Assembly: GCA_030425945.1 (NCBI GenBank)
Contig: JAUHZL010000001.1
Location: forward strand, 1-47,623
Direction: 5' to 3'
Length of the DNA: 47,623 nucleotides
Source of the DNA: Alphaproteobacteria bacterium
GTDB taxonomy: Bacteria > Pseudomonadota > Alphaproteobacteria > Rhodobacterales > Rhodobacteraceae
Below are positions 44,145 through 47,623 of this stretch, piece after piece. Below the pieces are notes generated by a model, which was given only the letters and a program-made list of their open reading frames with translations, did no database searches and was not told the DNA's origin. Position 1 is the stretch's first letter. Each line of letters opens with the position of its first letter. Position numbers and translations under genes: made by a program.

Positions 44145-45025
44145 AGACCCTCGACCCCGCCCTGCAGGCCCATCTCGACGAGGGCACGACAACGCTCGCC
44201 TGGTGCTGGCGCATCACGCGGGCCGATGGCGTCACCTTCGGTTTCACCGATCACGACCGGACGCTGAGCTTCGACGGGACCGACTTCGAGCCCGAGAGCG
44301 GGCTGACGGCTTCCGAGGTGCGCTCGGGCTCGGACCTGTCCGTCGATGCGCAGGATGCCGAGGGTGTGCTGACCTCGGACCGCATCTCCGAGACCGACAT
44401 TCTCGACGGCCGATGGGACAACGCGGAAGTCGAGGTCTGGCGGGTGAACTGGGCGGATATGAGCCAGCGCGTGCTGATGCGCCGGGGCGCCATCGGGCAG
44501 ATCCGGCGCGGGCGGCTCGCCTTCGTCGCCGAGGTGCGCTCGCTGGCGCATGTGCTGGGCCAGACGGTTGGGCGGACGTTTCAGGCGAACTGCGACGCCG
44601 CGCTCGGCGATGCGCGCTGCGGCATAGATCTCGAGGATCCGGCCTTCAAGGGGACAGGCGCGGTGATCGATCTCCTGCGCGACCGGTCGCTCACCGCGTC
44701 GGGGCTAGCTAGCTTCGAGACCGGCTGGTTCACTTTCGGCACCATTGAATGGACGAGCGGCGCGAATGCGGGGCGGCGCACCGAGGTGCTGGGCCACGAC
44801 ATAGCAGATGGCGTCGCGATCCTGACGCTGCTCGAGGCGCCGGTGCGCGCGATCGCCGAGGCCGACGGTTTCACTATCCGCGCAGGCTGTGACAAACGGA
44901 TCGCGACCTGCGGGGCGAAGTTCGCCCACACCGCCAACTTCCGCGGTTTCCCGCACATCCCCGGGCAAGACACGATCCTGCGTTACGCGACGAAGGACGG
45001 CGGCCATGACGGGGGCCTGCTGTGA
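44141..45025 (+). CDS. DUF2163/BR0599 baseplate hub protein (RcGTA g13-like)
   Basis: GFTDHDR, CDAALGDARC, GCDK...C..KF...NFRGFPHIPG. Confidence 0.9.
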   Translation: MKTLDPALQAHLDEGTTTLAWCWRITRADGVTFGFTDHDRTLSFDGTDFEPESGLTASEVRSGSDLSVDAQDAEGVLTSDRISETDILDGRWDNAEVEVWRVNWADMSQRVLMRRGAIGQIRRGRLAFVAEVRSLAHVLGQTVGRTFQANCDAALGDARCGIDLEDPAFKGTGAVIDLLRDRSLTASGLASFETGWFTFGTIEWTSGANAGRRTEVLGHDIADGVAILTLLEAPVRAIAEADGFTIRAGCDKRIATCGAKFAHTANFRGFPHIPGQDTILRYATKDGGHDGGLL

Positions 45026-45456
45026 AGCCGGCCGATCCCGAGAGGGTTATCGCGGCGGCGCGCGCGTGGCTGGGAACGCCCTACCACGACCAGGCGACCC
45101 TGCGCGGCGTCGGCTGCGATTGCCTCGGGCTGGCCCGCGGCGTCTGGCGCGAGGTCATCGGCCCCGAGTCGTTCCCGATCCCGCCCTACAGCCGCGACTG
45201 GGGCGAGACGGGCCCACGCGAGGTGCTGGCCGAGGGCGCGCGCGCCATGATGATCGAGGTGAAACCGACAGAGGCCGGTCCCGGCGCGCTGGTCCTGTTC
45301 CGCATGAGGCCGCGCGCCATCGCCAAGCATGTCGGCATCATGACCGGTCCCGGCTCCTTCCTCCACGCCTATGAGCGGCTCGGCGTGATCGAAGAACCTC
45401 TAACCCCATCCTGGCGGCGGCGCATCGCCTTCGCCTTCCTGTTTCCGCAACGCTGA
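45022..45456 (+). CDS. NlpC/P60 peptidase (RcGTA g14-like)
   Basis: ARAWLGTPYHDQA...GCDCLGL...KHVGI. Confidence 0.9.
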   Translation: MKPADPERVIAAARAWLGTPYHDQATLRGVGCDCLGLARGVWREVIGPESFPIPPYSRDWGETGPREVLAEGARAMMIEVKPTEAGPGALVLFRMRPRAIAKHVGIMTGPGSFLHAYERLGVIEEPLTPSWRRRIAFAFLFPQR

Positions 45457-45465
45457 GACCCGATC

Positions 45466-47623
45466 ATGGCAACGCTCGTTCTCGGCGCAGCCGGCGCTGC
45501 AATCGGCGGTTCGATCGGCGGCGCGATCCTCGGCGTGAGCGCCGCGACCATCGGCGGCTTCGTCGGCTCCACCATCGGCTCCGTCGTCGACAGCTGGATC
45601 GTGTCCTCGCTTGCGCCCACACAGCGCATCGAGGGTCCGCGGCTCGACAGCCTCCGGATCACGTCCTCGACCGAGGGCGCCGTCATCCCGCGCGTCTACG
45701 GCCGGATGCGGATGGGCGGCAACGTGATCTGGGCGACGGACTTTCGCGAGGAGACCAAGACCACCACTCAGGGCGGCGGCAAGGGCGGCGGAGGCGGCGG
45801 CAAGGTCAAGACGACCGAGTATCTCTACTACGCCAGCTTCGCCGTCGCGCTATGCGAGGGACCGATCACCGGCATCGGGCGGATCTGGGCCGACGGGAAG
45901 CTGCTGGACACCGCCGGGATCACCTGGCGCTGGTATCAGGGCGACGAGAGCCAGACCGCGGACCCGTTCATCGCGGCGAAGATGGGCGTGGCCAACACCC
46001 CCGCCTATCGCGGCACCGCCTACGTGGTTTTCGAGGACCTGCCACTCGGGAACTACGGCAACCGCCTGCCGCAGCTCTCCTTCGAGGTCTTCCGCCCGCT
46101 GGCCGATCCCGACACCGCCGAGGGGCTGACCCGCGCCGTCACCATGATCCCGGCCTCGGGCGAGTTCACCTACGCGACGCAAGGCATCCGGAAGGGCAGC
46201 AGCGGGGCGCAGACCCCGGAGAACCTGAACGCGCTCTCGGACACCGCCGACATGGTGGTGGCGCTCGACCGCCTGCAGGCCATGGCGCCGAAGGTCGAGA
46301 GCGTCAGCCTCGTGGTCGCCTGGTTCGGCGATGATCTGCGCGCGGGGTCGTGCAAGGTGCGGCCGGGCGTCGAGGTCTCAGCCAAGTCGACGACGCCCGC
46401 CACCTGGTCGGTGAACGGTGTCAGCCGCGCCAGCGCCTTCCTCGTCAGCCGCGACGATCAGGATCGCCCCGTCTACGGCGGCACGCCGGCCGATTTTGCC
46501 GTGGTGCAGGCGATCAAGGAGATGAAGGCGCGCGGGCTTCGCGTCACCTTCTATCCCTTCATCCTGATGGACGTGCCGCCCGGCAACAGCCTGCCAAACC
46601 CGTACTCCGACAACGCCGCCGAGGCAGGTCAGCCGGTCTTCCCATGGCGCGGCCGGATTACCTGCGCGCCTGCGGCGGGCTACGCCGGCAGCGTCGACAA
46701 GACCGCCACGGCGGCTAGCCAGGTCGCGGCCTTCTTCGGCAACGCCAGCCCCTCGGATTTCGCGGTCTCTGGCGAGACCGTCTCCTGGACCGGCGCGGCG
46801 GACGACTGGGGTCTGCGGCGCATGGTGCTGCACTACGCTCATCTCTGCGCAGCGGCGGGCGGCGTCGACGCCTTCCTGATCGGCACGGAGATGCGCGGGC
46901 TCACCACGATCCGCTCGGGCGCCAGCGCGTATCCTGCGGTGCAGGCGTTTCGCGATCTGGCGACCGACGTCCGCTCGATCCTCGGCGCGGGCAAAGCGAT
47001 CAGCTATGCAGCCGACTGGTCGGAGTATTTCGGGCACCAGCCGGGCGATGGCAGCGGCGACGTGTTCTTCCACCTCGATCCGCTCTGGGCCGATCCGGAG
47101 ATCAATTTCGTCGGGATCGACAACTACATGCCGCTCTCCGACTGGCGCGACGGCTTCGAGCATGCCGATGCGCAGGAGGGCTGGCCCGCGATCTACGACC
47201 GGGCTTACCTGCAGGGGAACATCGCCGGCGGCGAAGGCTTCGACTGGTTCTACGCCAGCGCGGCCGATCGCACCGCGCAGATCCGCACCCCGATCACCGA
47301 TGGCTCGGCCGCCAAGCCGTGGGTCTTCCGCTACAAGGATCTGCGCAGCTGGTGGTCGAACCCGCACTACGACCGCCCAGGCGGTGTGGAGAGCGGCACA
47401 CCGACCGCATGGGCGCCCGAGTCGAAGCCGATCTGGTTCACCGAGCTCGGCTGTCCCGCCATCGACCGGGGCACCAACCAGCCCAACGTCTTCTTTGACC
47501 CGAAATCCTCCGAGAGCTTCGTGCCCTACTTCTCCCGCGGCTGGCGGGACGACGCGATCCAGCGGGCCTATCTCGAGGCGACCTATCTTTGGTGGGGCGA
47601 GGCCGCGAACAACCCAGTGTCGT
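45466..47623 (+). CDS. GTA-type baseplate 'megatron' (TIM-barrel) protein, RcGTA g15-like; truncated by the window end
   Basis: MATLVLGAAGAAIGG, EGPRL, YASFAVALCEG, YAADWSEY, DNYMPLSDWR, KPIWFTELGCPAIDRGTNQPNVF. No stop seen before 47623. Confidence 0.9.
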   Translation, partial: MATLVLGAAGAAIGGSIGGAILGVSAATIGGFVGSTIGSVVDSWIVSSLAPTQRIEGPRLDSLRITSSTEGAVIPRVYGRMRMGGNVIWATDFREETKTTTQGGGKGGGGGGKVKTTEYLYYASFAVALCEGPITGIGRIWADGKLLDTAGITWRWYQGDESQTADPFIAAKMGVANTPAYRGTAYVVFEDLPLGNYGNRLPQLSFEVFRPLADPDTAEGLTRAVTMIPASGEFTYATQGIRKGSSGAQTPENLNALSDTADMVVALDRLQAMAPKVESVSLVVAWFGDDLRAGSCKVRPGVEVSAKSTTPATWSVNGVSRASAFLVSRDDQDRPVYGGTPADFAVVQAIKEMKARGLRVTFYPFILMDVPPGNSLPNPYSDNAAEAGQPVFPWRGRITCAPAAGYAGSVDKTATAASQVAAFFGNASPSDFAVSGETVSWTGAADDWGLRRMVLHYAHLCAAAGGVDAFLIGTEMRGLTTIRSGASAYPAVQAFRDLATDVRSILGAGKAISYAADWSEYFGHQPGDGSGDVFFHLDPLWADPEINFVGIDNYMPLSDWRDGFEHADAQEGWPAIYDRAYLQGNIAGGEGFDWFYASAADRTAQIRTPITDGSAAKPWVFRYKDLRSWWSNPHYDRPGGVESGTPTAWAPESKPIWFTELGCPAIDRGTNQPNVFFDPKSSESFVPYFSRGWRDDAIQRAYLEATYLWWGEAANNPVS

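Larger units (their letters stand above)
6345..47623. mobile_element. Temperate siphovirus-like prophage adjacent to tRNA-Ser; right end outside the window
   Basis: Recombinase, repressor, replication, methylase, packaging, head, tail and lysis modules in canonical order directly after the tRNA. The exact att site cannot be defined without the other end. Confidence 0.9.

Noticed and set aside
41701-47623. Host gene transfer agent cluster
   Set aside because: Contiguous and coupled with a lambda-type head, a long tape measure and lysis genes, and linked to integrase, repressor and replication genes.

Overview
High-GC alphaproteobacterial (Rhodobacteraceae-like) chromosome segment. Bases 1-6344 are host core: tandem ~95-bp palindromic repeats, a DUF1127 gene followed by five CCUCCUCCC 'cuckoo' sRNA hairpins, mrp, dacC-tmk-holB, a SPOR lipoprotein and tRNA-Ser(TGA). 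From ~6345 to the window end lies the left ~41 kb of an apparently intact temperate prophage. It carries a DUF2924/large serine recombinase module, an S24 repressor, replication genes, two DNA methyltransferases, a lambda-like terminase/portal/head, a long tape measure, a lysis cassette and an RcGTA-like tail tip (truncated by the window edge). Best leads: (1) a low-GC, translationally coupled 3-gene cargo operon (TIGR04255-like protein, unknown protein, R-S-H ADP-ribosyltransferase-like protein) that looks like an uncharacterised toxin-antitoxin-chaperone-type anti-phage system; (2) a C5 methyltransferase region that is dual-coding over ~1 kb, with motif IX in an overlapping +1 frame; (3) a lambda-like cos site ~4 kb upstream of terminase and an iteron-type origin. 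All family assignments come from motif recognition by eye, not database searches.
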